64,000 bases of DNA, from assembly GCA_950097015.1 (NCBI GenBank), contig CATNEN010000038.1, positions 17,174,001-17,238,000 on the forward strand, written 5' to 3'. This DNA is from Macrostomum hystrix (Eukaryota; Animalia; Platyhelminthes). The notes below the pieces were generated by a model that saw only the letters and a list, made by a program, of their open reading frames with translations, did no database searches and was not told the origin of the DNA. Position numbers and translations under genes: made by a program. Of the stretch, positions 23,687-36,200 are shown piece by piece; the first letter of the stretch is position 1, and every line of letters begins with the position of its first letter.

Positions 23687-24429
23687 TTATGCCCGAACAA
23701 AATACTTGCCGACTCTATGGCTGAACACATTCGGCACAGCTGCGAACTCCAGCAGGTGGCACTGCCCAGTCTCCGGGATGAAGATCACGGCCTCGCAGCC
23801 AGTCAGGCAGCGGCTCACGCACTGCATCAGCCCTGGAGCGCTCAGGGTCCTGCTGACAGGGGCGTCCACAGCTGTGAGTCTCGATCGAGTCTCTTGTTAA
23901 TTGAGAGCCAACCTTGCCCACTTCTTCGGCTTTCAAGCAAACTTACTCCTTACTCATTTCTACAAATGAAAAGCCCTGATACCCTGACACCGGACTCACG
24001 AATTTTGTAGTTGATTTGGAACACGCTGTTCCTCCATGGGCTTCCACAAGTCCGTGCGCAATTCCCCGGACAACAAAGATTGCATTCATAGTCAGGTGCT
24101 CGTCCCTGCGAGCCGTACGAGTTGTCACAGGCGCACCAGATCGAGCCCTGTACAGCCATGAACTGGAAGCCGCCAAGAGCGCAGAAGCCGCTGCACAGCT
24201 CCCAGGTCATCGCTTCGGAGCGGATTCCATAGTCCTCCTGCATGACATCCACTACACTGCCAACCCTGTTGACTCCCCAGTTCTTCAGGCCCTGCAAGTC
24301 TCTCACTCCATCCTTGCCGTCCACGTAGAAGCCGAGGCTCACGATTTCGAACTGGCGTCCCAGAGCCACAGTGCTGGCGCAGCAGAGAAGCAGAACAAGC
24401 ATGCCCAGTTTGGCCTCTTCCTTCATCAC
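23687..24429 (-). CDS. Secreted WSC-domain protein with C-terminal PAN/Apple-like domain (exons 24429-24000, optional 23959-23954, 23871-23687)
   Basis: Signal peptide, then WSC pattern MTWELCSGFC...FMAVQGSIWCACDN...CNLCCPGNCARTCGSPWRNSVF. Donor C|GTGAGT joins CAG|CT in phase to LMQCVSRCLTGCEAVIF...CHLL. Confidence 0.82.
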
Positions 24430-24882
24430 TAAATTCGTAATCAGCTGCGAATTTCAACTGTTGCTGATGACCTTCGCACGGATTCTTAATCAGTTAAAAA
24501 TTTAAGCCGTTATATACCAGTTGTCGCTTGGGACAAAATTTCCTTGCTTGTATTTAGGTATATAACTTGTATTTAGAAAGTGTAAAGCATCTAGTGGGCT
24601 TAGTGCACACTAGAAGCCACAGATTCTATATTATCATGTTATCTTTATTTGTTTTATTGTTCCGCGCATTCAATAAATATTCGGCTCAGAAATTTGTTAC
24701 TCGCGTTTTCTCCAATTAAAAGTCATTTCTCAATATTGGCTCGCCTAGCGTTAAAGGCAAATAACATAGTTTACTAAAAATATATATTAATGCGGCAGTA
24801 GTTAACTCGCGTCTGTGGCAAAAACACTGGGTTTTCGATGAACGAACGATTTATCTTGGAGTGACCAATCTAGGTAATATAG

Positions 24883-24954
24883 CAAGGACTTCTATATAAT
24901 AGCATCAGTTATATGCTATTATATATGCTAGATGCTATTATATAGAAGTCCTTG
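24883..24954. repeat. 72-bp hairpin with perfect 24-bp arms (possible micro-MITE)
   Basis: CAAGGACTTCTATATAATAGCATC ... GATGCTATTATATAGAAGTCCTTG. No TSD seen. Confidence 0.7.
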
Positions 24955-25498
24955 TATTGAATCTGTGCTAGAAGCAACTAAAGGGGAACTGTACCGAGCA
25001 CGGAATTAAAAACATAGACAACGATTGAGTTAACAAGGGGCGGGCAGGATGCGTAGTCTATGGGCTAAAAGGACGATAGAAGGCGAAGCAATTAAAGTGC
25101 AGTGAAACGTACTGATTAACTAATTGGTGAGCAAGAGATTAAAAAGGAGAGTCAAAGGAAACGACAAGAAGGTTTTCTAGAGGAAGCATTTCCGACACCA
25201 GTCCTGAACTAAGACCTGCCTGCCTTTTTCGGCAGGAAAAAAAGATTGTGCTGGTATCCCTTGACAACCGGCTCGTTTTCGGGGGGGGAGAATTTTACGA
25301 TATTGTAAGTTTCATATTTCATATTCAACTCCTTTAACGAGCCGAGGCAGATTAGATTTGATAATGAAAAGTGAAACGCTGCTGTTCTGCTTTACTGCTC
25401 CGAGCCCTTTCAATGCGATGCAATTCGAGAGCTGCTCATTCAACCATTTCAGCAGACGAAAGCATCGGAGAAAAAAAAGCAAAAATTTATCTAAAATG

Positions 25499-25604
25499 TT
25501 CCTCCATGGGCCTCGACAAGTCTGGGCGCAATTCCCCGGACAACAAGCATAGCAATCATTAAATTATCAGGTGCTCGAGCCGTACGAGTTGCCACAGAAA
25601 CACC
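25499..25604 (-). pseudogene. Degenerate duplicate fragment of the WSC domain exon
   Basis: Aligns by eye to 24028-24137 (CCTCCATGGGC...GCGCAATTCCCCGGACAACAA...CGAGCCGTACGAGTTG) with indels. Confidence 0.75.
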
Positions 25605-26124
25605 GAGTAGGGTTGTGCGAGTGCTTACTGGATATGACTTTGATATTTCCGATTCCAGAACCACCAAAAACTTTCGATTTCCCAGTAATTAATAGCAGTA
25701 AAACTTGACTTATTCATCGTATAGCATATAGATTTTATTTGATCACTTGCTAATTGGTTGATTTTCGGTGAAACTTTTTCGAATTTAAAGATGGTACGCT
25801 GGCCGATCGAATAAACGGCCGTAACACCAAGGGCTCAGAGGGCTTTTAAATTGGATACTCACTCTATGCTGTCTATGGCCAACTCGAAAATACACTGCGG
25901 GCAGACATTTTGACATCTAATCACTTGTCTATGGTTAAATCAAATAAGCTCACACAGGCTCGAAAGTTCGCTGCCCAATCGAGACATAGAATAGAGAATG
26001 CAACCAACGTGAAAATAACGGAGAAAAATGAGACATCGTTATTCAAGCCAGGGACTAATAAATACTTCTGAGTATATTAGGCTAATTAGGGTATTTAACG
26101 AGTATCTAGTAGTCCCTGATCCAA

Positions 26125-26212
26125 GCTTGGCAAAAGGTGAGCCAGTGGGCGAGATTTCTCGAATGCTAGACATCAAGCGAACCTCCGTGTACAACATCTG
26201 CCACGCCTTTCT
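26125..26212 (+). mobile_element. Possible Tc1/IS630-like transposase HTH fragment
   Basis: Translation GEPVGEISRMLDIKRTSVYNIC resembles a transposase helix-turn-helix. No TIRs found. Confidence 0.35.
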
Positions 26213-26460
26213 GTGGAAGTGGTATCAGCACACCCTGCCCGCTGTCTGATTTCAAAGCCCCCGTGTGTCCTTTCGAGTCGACAGTAGTCGCTGTATGGCG
26301 CCACAGAAAGCTCAGTGTCCAATGTAAAAGCCCGCTGTTCTAACTACACCGCAATATGCTATAGTGAGGAAAGAAACGGCCCAATGCAGAGCCACGGAGC
26401 ATTTTAATGCGATAAAAGCGTGGCTCAGAATGCAATTATGTTCATAGACTCTTAAGCTAA

Positions 26461-26900
26461 GGCAGTCCTCACAGTCCTAACAGTCCTAACAGTGCTCACA
26501 GTCCTCACAGTGCTCACAGTGCTCACAGTCCTCACAGTCCTCACAGTCCTCACAGTCCTTTGCAATCCTCACAGTGCTCACAGTGCTCATAATATACAGT
26601 TTCATCACATTCCACACATTACTCACAGTTCTCATAGTCCTCACATTCCACACCTTACTCACGGTCCTCACAGTCCTCACAGTGCTCACAGTCCTCACAG
26701 TGCTCACAGTGCTCACAGTCCTCACAGTCCTCACAGTCCTTTGCAATCCTCACAGTGCTCACAGTGCTCACAGTCCTTTGCAATCCTCACAGTGCTCACA
26801 GTGCTCACAGTCCTTTGCAATCCTCACAGTGCTCACAGTGCTCATAATATACAGTTTCATCACATTCCACACATTACTCACAGTTCTCATAGTCCACACA
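26461..26900. repeat. 9-bp minisatellite ((C/G)CTCACAGT) with a higher-order duplication; a related short tract lies at 22560-22640
   Basis: Read directly. The block GCTCATAATATACAGTTTCATCACATTCC occurs twice (about 26585 and 26840). Confidence 0.9.
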
Positions 26901-27275
26901 GATGTCTTTCTGTTAGTTCTTCTGCACTGAAAGTGAATTGGCATCGTTTTACCCACTGTTTGTTGGAAATTAAGCTGCAACACATTATCAAAGTACATAG
27001 TTTGCATCGTTTCAACATGCAAAAAGCAAAAATGAAGCGATTCTTGCACGTAGCAGATAAAGCTTGACGTGATGGAACAACTGATCATGAAGTGACGATT
27101 TGTCAGAAGTCATCATGCATAGTGCATATTACTTTTTAGCAACAACAGCAACAGCAAACAACATGCCTGTGCAGGCTACATAAAGGCGTGACGGTAAAAT
27201 TAGTCTACATGACTTGAATTTTGCATTCGTCAAAACCTATTAGTATAGTCATCTGCAATCGAGTGACAGTCAATA

Positions 27276-27816
27276 ATGCAGAAATTGGTCTACAATACCT
27301 TCACCCTGCTGCTTCTGCTGTTTGTTGGTAAGAATTCAGATTTTACTCGTACATTCAACTACATTAATTTGGGGCGCAACGGCGGAGCGAAGGCTTGGAG
27401 GCTTGTCGTGCAATTTACGAGAACTCAGGAGTTAGGTCAGGCCGGAATCAGCTGAATGGGCAGAATAGTCACCTTCATTTAAAATTGCAGGATTCAAACT
27501 GATCGCAGCTCAGAACGGCACTACTACTGCAACTACTTCTACTATTACTGCAACTACTTCTACTATTACTGCAACTACTTCTACTATTACTGCAACTACC
27601 GGTAATTCTGTCAGCGCTTCTTCGCAGACCAGTCCGAGCACCAGCACCGCTGGAAACAGCAGCTCCATTGTGCCTACCAGTGAGCCAACAGCTGTTAATA
27701 ATACGAAGAATTCCACTGTGCACTCAGCGGCCGCTAGAATTCACCTGTCGTCTCCGACCGTTGTGGGCCTGCAGTTTATCACCGTCTGTCTGATGTTACT
27801 GGCTGTGCATGCCTAA
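27276..27816 (+). CDS. Small Thr/Ser-rich mucin-like protein, probably GPI-anchored (exons 27276-27327, 27491-27816; 125 aa)
   Basis: Signal peptide MQKLVYNTFTLLLLLFVG, TATTSTI repeats, several NxS/T sequons and hydrophobic C-terminal tail VVGLQFITVCLMLLAVHA. Phase-matched intron G|GTAAGA...TTGCAG. Confidence 0.75.
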
Positions 27817-28119
27817 GATTAGCGGTCCAATGACTCCAATGACTATATTATGTCACTGCTACACTGATTACGAATCATTTATAATAATTCTTAACTGCGC
27901 AGACTTTTTATTCAACCTATAAAAGCTCCAATAACTGTAAGGGAGCTGTAGCAGTAATCAAATTTTTAAAATAAAAGTTCTATACTTCGACGACCAAAAT
28001 ATTTTTCGTTTAGATATTTTGCAATAATCAAACAGCTCGTAAATGCAGCGCTATTTTGCTGTGTTAATCACATTATAAATTAAAAACTAATTCGTTTTTA
28101 CTCTTTTGTTAACTTAATA

Positions 28120-28195
28120 GGTTAGCCCATTGCTCAGTGTTATAGAGCTTCTGATTTCAGGCCAAGAGGTCGAGAGTTCGATTTACTGCCTCAGC
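28120..28195 (+). other. tRNA-like sequence (probable SINE head or pseudo-tRNA)
   Basis: A-box-like TTGCTCAGTGTTATAGAGC and B-box-like GAGTTCGATT. The acceptor stem does not close well. Confidence 0.4.
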
Positions 28196-28699
28196 TAGAC
28201 ACTTAAAACGCGATCCTGAAGCCTTAAAGCCTACTAGCTTAAAATTAAGCTACACCCGGCCAGGAGTGTTATGTAGTGACTTGTAGCCAGCGCGTGTACG
28301 CTGAGTATACCGCGTTGGCAGCTGTTTGTTTAACTGAATGACTATCAATTCATTGTACGCGCTATTTTTTATCACCTCTTATCCTTGCACCCAACGTGTA
28401 TATATATATATATATAGCTTGTTCTCAGGAGCGTGGAGCTCTAGCTGTCTGTTTTCGTTGCTCTCGTGCACTAAATATCACCAGTCTAGAGTTATTTCAA
28501 GGAGCATTTTTGTATCTTGGAATAGTTGGGTTGCAATTTAGTGTTCGTTAACATCGTCTGACTCATGACGTAAAGATTGCGGGTTGGATTACTGACTACT
28601 GGAACAGTTTTTTGTATTCATTATAGTAATTGTCCATTAGATCAATATGCAATCAGCTAGCACTAGTATCAGCAATATATAGGGTAATTTGATGAGAGC

Positions 28700-29175
28700 G
28701 GAAGGCCGGGGGCGCCGCGTGCCCCCCCCCAAATGGGATTATAAACCTCAGCCTCTCACCCCTAATCGACAGATTTAAGCATCAACGCCCCTCCCTTATC
28801 AGCAGGCTCTGCATGGCTGCTACTAAGTTCCTGGGAAACCCCCTCTCTGCGCTCTGCCTCTTTGGCCCCGGTCTTGCCTCTGACGCTGGTAATCGACCCA
28901 TTCTGTCGGTGATGGCGCCGACACTCTCGTGATGGCGCCCAAGCTCTCGGTGTAAGATGTTGCCCAAAGCTCCAGCTGTGATGGCACCCTTGAAGCTTCA
29001 TCTCCATCGGGTGCCCAAGCGCCCAAGCTCAAGGTGATGGTGCCCTTACTCCCGGCAGGGACTCTACAAAATACTCCTATTTATAGGAGTCCTGTCATAC
29101 TTTGTGCCCCTGGTAATGGCGCCTCCCTCCCGAGGCGCGGCCCCTCTTAATCCTGGCTATACGGCTACGTCATTG
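28700..29175. mobile_element. GC-rich MITE-like fragment with repeated GATGGCGCCC motifs
   Basis: Sharp GC island ending GGCTACGTCATTG (hAT-like terminus). The opposite TIR and TSD were not found. Confidence 0.4.
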
Positions 29176-31460
29176 CTTTATGTACAGAATCCGCCCACAG
29201 TATGAACTAATCTGATGGAACACCTACTTACATTCAGTATGCATGAGTAATGGCTGTCTGTTGCACACCTGACCCAGTAGAAGGACTAATTTTCGTAATG
29301 GAGGGCCATGTCGAGCTAATAATTTATTAGCTCAATTTTCGTTTTTAATTAGTGTGTATAACAAAGTGTATTAAATACGAATCAATAGTTCGGATAAAGA
29401 GTAAGAAATAGAAAAATTAATTTTACACATTTTTGCTGTCATAAAACAGCGGCTTCTTTAAAAAAGAAGCAATTTAATTATTTAATTTTAATTTTAATTT
29501 TCGACTCTATTAACTAATATTCTATAGGCTTATCCGAACTGGTTGGTTGGTGCATATACTTCTATGACTGTCTTTATATTATGTATGTATCTAACCAATA
29601 TTATGAAAGGTCAATTTTATAGTTTTACAACAAACACTGAAATGTTAAACAGAGTTGGCCTAGACCTAAATAGCTACAGACTGGCATTTCAAAACTTCTT
29701 TCCAAGCTCTCTCTCTAGAGCTGCTAATGGCAATGGGCAATGGCCTATAATCCAATAGAAGAGAGCCTATTCGATTTATTTTAGTTTATTTATTAGTACT
29801 GGGTCTGAGTGTGACCAAGATACAGTTACATAGAAAAGTCTAGGCCTATATTGTTTTATGTCTAAAAGATCACAGTTTTGGTCTTTTTGATGTAAATCAG
29901 TTCAAAGTGATAAGTTTGGCTTATCACTTTACCACCCACAACCATCAAAATTTTATGTTCCTTCTTAAATAAATTAGGGGCCTATAATGTTTAAATGATA
30001 ACACCTGATTAAAAACTACATATAAAGATGTGGCTTGGCCATTGGCCCTAGGCTAGAAAACTGATTAATTGCCACTGTCTTGATCATGCTAGGTGCATGC
30101 CAGAAAATATTTTGGAAGGCTAAAGACTAGTTTGTAAGATTGTACACAAATAATGTTTATTTCGAATGATTTAAAGTTAAAAAGTAAAAATCAGATAAAT
30201 ACCGAAGACTTAAGACCAAAGTCAATTTACTTGTGTCAACAACTTTATTTTCTTCTTAGGCTTACTATTAACCTACTTACTAGCAAGTAGGCCCTACTAA
30301 GTAATAAATATACATTATGCCATCAGGGCCTATACTAACCTTGGGCACTAAGTTTGCATGCCAAGAATTCGATGTAAAGCAAGTGAAAACCAACTATGTG
30401 TAGCGTACTAAATTTGCCAAGAAACACCAATGCATACCAGAGTTGTGTTGGCATATACTACATGATCTTGACTAGGCCTATGACTTGATTGAGGCTTTGG
30501 CTCAGGCTAGACACATGTAACTTTTATAGGGCCTAAGGCCAATGTTTAATTATTATTGTTTAATAATAGGGTAATGTATCATCAACTGAACAAGAATATT
30601 CATTTTTTTAACTTCAAACCTAAGCTACAGATTTTCTATTTAAGATATCATGATAAATCAAAAGCCAAGTTATAGAAAACTGTTTCGTCTTTCTAAATAG
30701 TATCTGCTTTTGCTATTTTGTCAAATAGAAAAAAGTTATTCATGTTTTTCATCTAAAACCAAACGATGATTTTCATGTATCTTCAAACCAAACAGAGAAT
30801 TTGATGTTTGGTTTTAAAATTTGAGTGAGTGGTTTAATCTTATTTTAAGGAGTGATCTATCATGAATTATGTCATTTGAAAGCATTTTTCCTGCTCTATA
30901 AATAACTACATTTATGGTAATTTAATTGGAAAGCAACCACATACAATCTTAGTCTAAAGTACATGCTGAAAAAATGCTGTCAAAAAGTATGCTTTTGTGA
31001 TAAAAATTTCTACTGAAACATCCATATCTTTCTTTATGGATGTTTATGGATGTATGGATATGGATAAACATCCATGCCTTAGCTTGTAAATAATTTCATT
31101 GACATTCAAAATAGTTATTCTGTGAAATACAATAGCTTGTTTCTGTCTTGCACAAGACCAAGGAAGGAGTCAAATTTCTTGTTTGGTTTTGAAGATACAC
31201 TGTTCAGTTGATGATACATTACCCTAGTACTTATTATTATATTTGTGTTAGGCTTACAATGTCTATATTAAAGTGGATTAGGTTAGGTTGAATTACAGTT
31301 AGATTAGATTGCTGTTGTTTTCTTTAACTCACAGTATTCTGATCTTCAGCCTGTTGTGTAACTAAAGACTCAACATACACATGATATAGTATAAAAATAG
31401 TAACACAAATCAATAAATTTATTTATGTGTTTCTGAGTACTAGGCTTTCAAGAGTGTCAT

Positions 31461-31741
31461 CATACATGCGCAACACCTGGCCGACCCGGCCGAACCGGCC
31501 GGGTGAAACGAGGGCCAAGCAAGGTAAGTCGCAAAAACCAATTGACCAAGCGCAAAAAAATCAAAGGGGGGACCAAGGGACAAAAAAGGAAGGCGTGAAG
31601 AAAAGGAAAAAGGGGAGAGAAAAAGAGAGCAAATGAGAGCAAACTAAGTCGTAAATAGAGCAATGAAATGAACTAAGTCGCAAATGAGAGCAAAAACTAA
31701 GTTGCACGGCCGGCTAAGATTTGGGAGGTTGCGCATGTATG
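31461..31741 (+). mobile_element. hAT-type MITE copy 1 (281 bp)
   Basis: TIR CATACATGCGCAAC and 8-bp TSD AGTGTCAT. Confidence 0.92.
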
Positions 31742-32427
31742 AGTGTCATTATTTATCTTAAGTATATACCCAATTCTTTTCTTTTTCTCTCTTTCTCTCT
31801 TGTATCTTTTAAGTATTTATCTTTGAATGTTTGTAAAACACTGAGTAGGGCCTATTGTATTCATGTATTTGAACTTTTGATCAAGCTATGTCAAACAAGG
31901 TTGAGGTTCCCCTCAGTTTTGTTCCTATACTTAAAGTACTTCTTGTGATCAAGTTCAAACTCATAACAAACATATTCATAGTAACAAATACATGCTTTCA
32001 AACAACTATTTTTTATATATGTTTCTAGGAAAAAAGAATGTCTTTACATCAAAAGGATGCCAAAATAAATTATAAAAAAGTAGGATAGGCCTCAAATTTA
32101 AGGATAAGTACAGATTTAAATGACAAAGAAATACATTACATTTGTGCTTTCAATTGCTTGCTAGGTTCTTATATAAATAGAAAATAATGTTTAAACTCAG
32201 AAGTCAGATATTCTATGGATATTTAAGCATTTAGTGCTAAACTTATATCAACATTAACTACTTTGTTGCTTCTTTTCTGTGTGGTTTAAATAGTGTAATT
32301 AATTACAAAAGTAGTATCTGTAATACTAGTGTATTTTGGATTGAATATGGTCATAGCCTACAAGCCTACTGGATAAATTGGTCAACTCACAAATTGACTT
32401 GTTCATGTCTTGATTCTTGACTACATT

Positions 32428-32678
32428 CATACATGTGCAACCTCCCAAATCTTAGCCGGCCATGCGACTTAGTTTTTGATATATTTACAACTTAGTTTGC
32501 TCTCATTTGCTCTATTTTTCTCTCCCCTTTTTCCTCTTCTTCATGCCTTCCTTTTTTGTCCCTTGGTCCCCCCTTTGATTTTTTGTGCTTGGTTGATTGG
32601 TTTTTGTGACTTTACCTTGCTTGGCCCTCGTTTCGCCCGGCTGGTTCGGCCAGGTCGGCTGGGTGTTGCGTATGTATG
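32428..32678 (-). mobile_element. hAT-type MITE copy 2 (251 bp), same family, inverted
   Basis: Reverse complement of copy 1, with its own 8-bp TSD ACTACATT. Confidence 0.92.
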
Positions 32679-33255
32679 ACTACATTGGAACAATTTAATA
32701 CCAATTAATAAGACATAAGCCTGCATAACATCTGCTCACCCAGCTGTAAAATAGGTGCTAGGGTACTGGAGGATAAGTCTAATCTTCCTTAGTCAAAGTG
32801 ACTAAACAGCCATTTAATAACAGCCATTACCTTCAGTGCACTGCAAAGTAGCTGCACATATGCTATTGGCTACATATCTGGCCTAATGTGCAGAGTATAT
32901 TCAATTATTTTTTCATAATGAACAACAAGATACCATTTAATATTTGTGTTTGTTCTAATTAAAATTAGTAGGCTCTACATATCACAGAATAGATATATAC
33001 TAAACAGAAGGGAATTATAAACAATGAGTATCCCAATACAAACATGATTAATTAATGGTCTGTCTAGTGTATTGAATTATACATGTAACCTTCATATTCA
33101 TACTAAATATTTTTTATTAAACTAATTGAAAACAAAGTGATTAACTATAAGTTTTTATAAATTACAATATTTCAGCTGGCATTATTGCATACTGCCTAAA
33201 GTGACAATCAGAGAGCTCACCTAGTAGACTCTCTATAAGAAAGACCAATAATACA

Positions 33256-36200
33256 ATGAGCACCACACGACAGCAGCAGCCCGCTCTGACTACAGAGACT
33301 AGCATCATCGAAGAGGAGGGCGATGTGTTTGAAATCACAGACTTTACCAGCGCCACAGACTGGGAGCAGTTTCTGTCCGAACTAGAAGAGATCTTCAACG
33401 AGTGGAAGGTGGACGGCGGAGCTGGCAGATTCTCAGTCTCCAAGGCTGGCCAGAGCTTGCCCGAGTCGGAGCAACTTGCCGATACTCATCACGCCACTGT
33501 TGCGGCTGGCAGCGGCTCTACTAGACGATTTGGCGGCGACCGTCAACAACAACAGCATCAGCAGCAGCAGCACACTTGGAAAGACCAGACTTGCACTGTG
33601 CGCTACATGGACTGCGAATTTCGCCTCACGCATCACTGCCAGGTATTTGGATGGGCAGGTGAACGATAATAGCAGACTTCAGTGGTCATGTGACTTGGCA
33701 CATTTGACGACAGTAGACCCACAGCCAGCCGGGAGGCAATTCTGCCACACCACCCACCCTTTGAACACACGCGCACAAATACAGTATACAGGGCTACATT
33801 ACTGTGTGTAGTGCTATGGTTGACGCGAAAAATGCCGTACATAGATTATTGTAAATACACTGGTTTCATATATAAAACCATGCGATCCAAAAGCTTCAAG
33901 ATTTTCTTGTCGTTTAACCAAAAAGGATCTATTTAAATGTAAATAGCTATTGGGGGTGAGGCAGAGTGGTCTAACGCGTTTGCCTCTGGCACCAAGGTCC
34001 CTGAGCTCGATTCCGCGGCGAGACCACATTTATCTGGTGTGCAGCCACGGAGAGAAGGCTTGGGGGCTTGTCGTGCAATTTGCACCCTTGAGGGCCAACC
34101 TCCAAGGTACAGTGAAATTGTACACTGCCTGACGATGAGAAAGTCAGGGCAGATGTACACACCTGTGTGAGCGTGTGCCTGCGTACAGTATCTGAGTGCG
34201 TGTGTGCTCAGGAGTTCAGCGAAATGGGCAGAATTGCTTCCTCGCTAGCTGTGGGTCTAGTGTCACCATATGATTTTCTATTTCCCGCAGCCCTCCTGCA
34301 ATTATTGGAAAATAAAGCCCGCCAGTGGACTATCTGCTTGGAATAGCGGGCACTATAACGCTCACACAATGCTGTATTATTATTTAAATAGACATTGCAC
34401 CAGTTCTTGTGGTTTGTTTTTATTATTTTACCTTAGCTTTTACTGTGTCCTAAATAATTAACAGGTGCAACCGTCTAAGCCTGCTTCCGATGAAGATCAA
34501 CAGCAAGAGGAATCTGGAGGTCAGCAGAAGCAGCAGCAGCAGCATGATGCCACCAGCTTCTGGCCGCCAGTGCTTCACCAGATCGCCTCGTCCGATCACG
34601 ATTTCCCCAGCGTTGCCCACTGCCTGACTCGTTGGTTCGGCTTGAAAGAATTGATCGTAGTTAAGCCTAGCCAAGATCAGGCTGTGTGCAACGAGAGCAG
34701 ACTGCGCCTATTGTTGAGCAGTCTGTGCATAACTGCCCACAATGCCGGCTGTCAGTTGCCGATTTTTTTGCAAGTTGGCCGACCGGAGCGCAGGCTGTAC
34801 TTTGGTCAGGTGAGAAAATAGCTTTGTTGTCTGCTTTTGTGTGTTCTGACACGACAAAAAATCGAATGCTATTTGTGAGGATAATGACAAGAATTACGTA
34901 TTAGGTGAAATTCATAACAAAAAATTCTGATGGTAAGTGGGGATTTTACTGGTTAAATGTCCAGATTAACACGTGATAAACTGTTTAGATGTCCAGATTA
35001 ACACGTGATAAACAGTTTAAATGTCCAGATTAACACGTGAAATGTCTAGATAAACACGTGATAAACAGGTGAAATATCCAGCAAATCGCCTGATAAACAC
35101 CTGAAATATAGAGATTAACACCTGATTAAAAGGGAAAATTTTCAGAAAAGCACCTGATAATCACGTGAAATGTCCTTGATACATTTGCAGTTTATCGGAG
35201 CCGGTCTGCGCACCAGATTTGAAATCGCTCAACTATGCAAGATTCCTAGACACTTCAGGCACCTGCAGGGCGCCATAGATATGTTTAGACAGCGCATAGC
35301 TTGCCCGGCAATGACTGGCGGCTCAGGTCCGCCTATCAGTGCTGCCATCAGGTTAAGCTACAGTCTGGCACAGTTCTCGGACAGGCTAGTGGCTTATCTG
35401 AGTCCTCTACCCGACTCACTTCGTCACGATCGCAGTAGGCAGCATAAGCAACAATTTGTTCCACAATCTTTTAACCTGCCCGCTCGGCTTCCGATTGGCG
35501 CATGCGAGGAGCCAATCAGCGAGCTGCAATTGGCCGCCGTCTGGCCCAGATTAGCCGAAGAGATGGTTGTGGATACGGAGTCCTACACAGATCTGGATCC
35601 GTTGCACGCTCCGGTTTGGACTCTGCGGGCTCGTTTCTTAAACGACGCACTCTGTCGTCTGACCGATTGTCTTGGTCGCCTATTACGATTGTGCTCTAGA
35701 CGCGAGACTGTTCAGGACCTCCTGGCTGCGCTATTCGCTTCGCCCACCAGCTCCGGCGGCGGCGGCGTCGGCGGCTCATCCGCTGGCAGTGGCAGTATTG
35801 ACGGCACCTCTGCTGATTCGTCTAATGCTTCCAGGTAATTTGAAATCGTTTTTTTATACATTCTACCAGATTCTGTATGTCAGAAATTTCCTGTCAGATT
35901 CCTTCTGTCAGATTTTGTATGTCAGAAGTTTACTGTCAGATTATTTATGTCAGATTTTATAAGTCAGAAATTTCCTGTCATATTATTTATGTCAGATTTT
36001 GTATGTCAGAAGTTTACTGTCAGATTCTTTATGTCAGATTTTGTATGTCAAAAGTTTACTGTCAGATTCTTTATGTCAGATTTTGTAAGTCAGAAATTTC
36101 CTGTCAGATTCTCTATGTCAGATTTTAGAAGTCAGAAATTTCCTGTCAGATTCTTTATGTCAGATTTTAGAAGTCAGAAGTTTCCTGTCAGATTCTTTAT

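Noticed and set aside
28120-28195. tRNA-Sec or functional tRNA (TTCA near the anticodon position)
   Set aside because: There is no proper acceptor or anticodon stem and no long variable arm; a SINE-like head is more likely.
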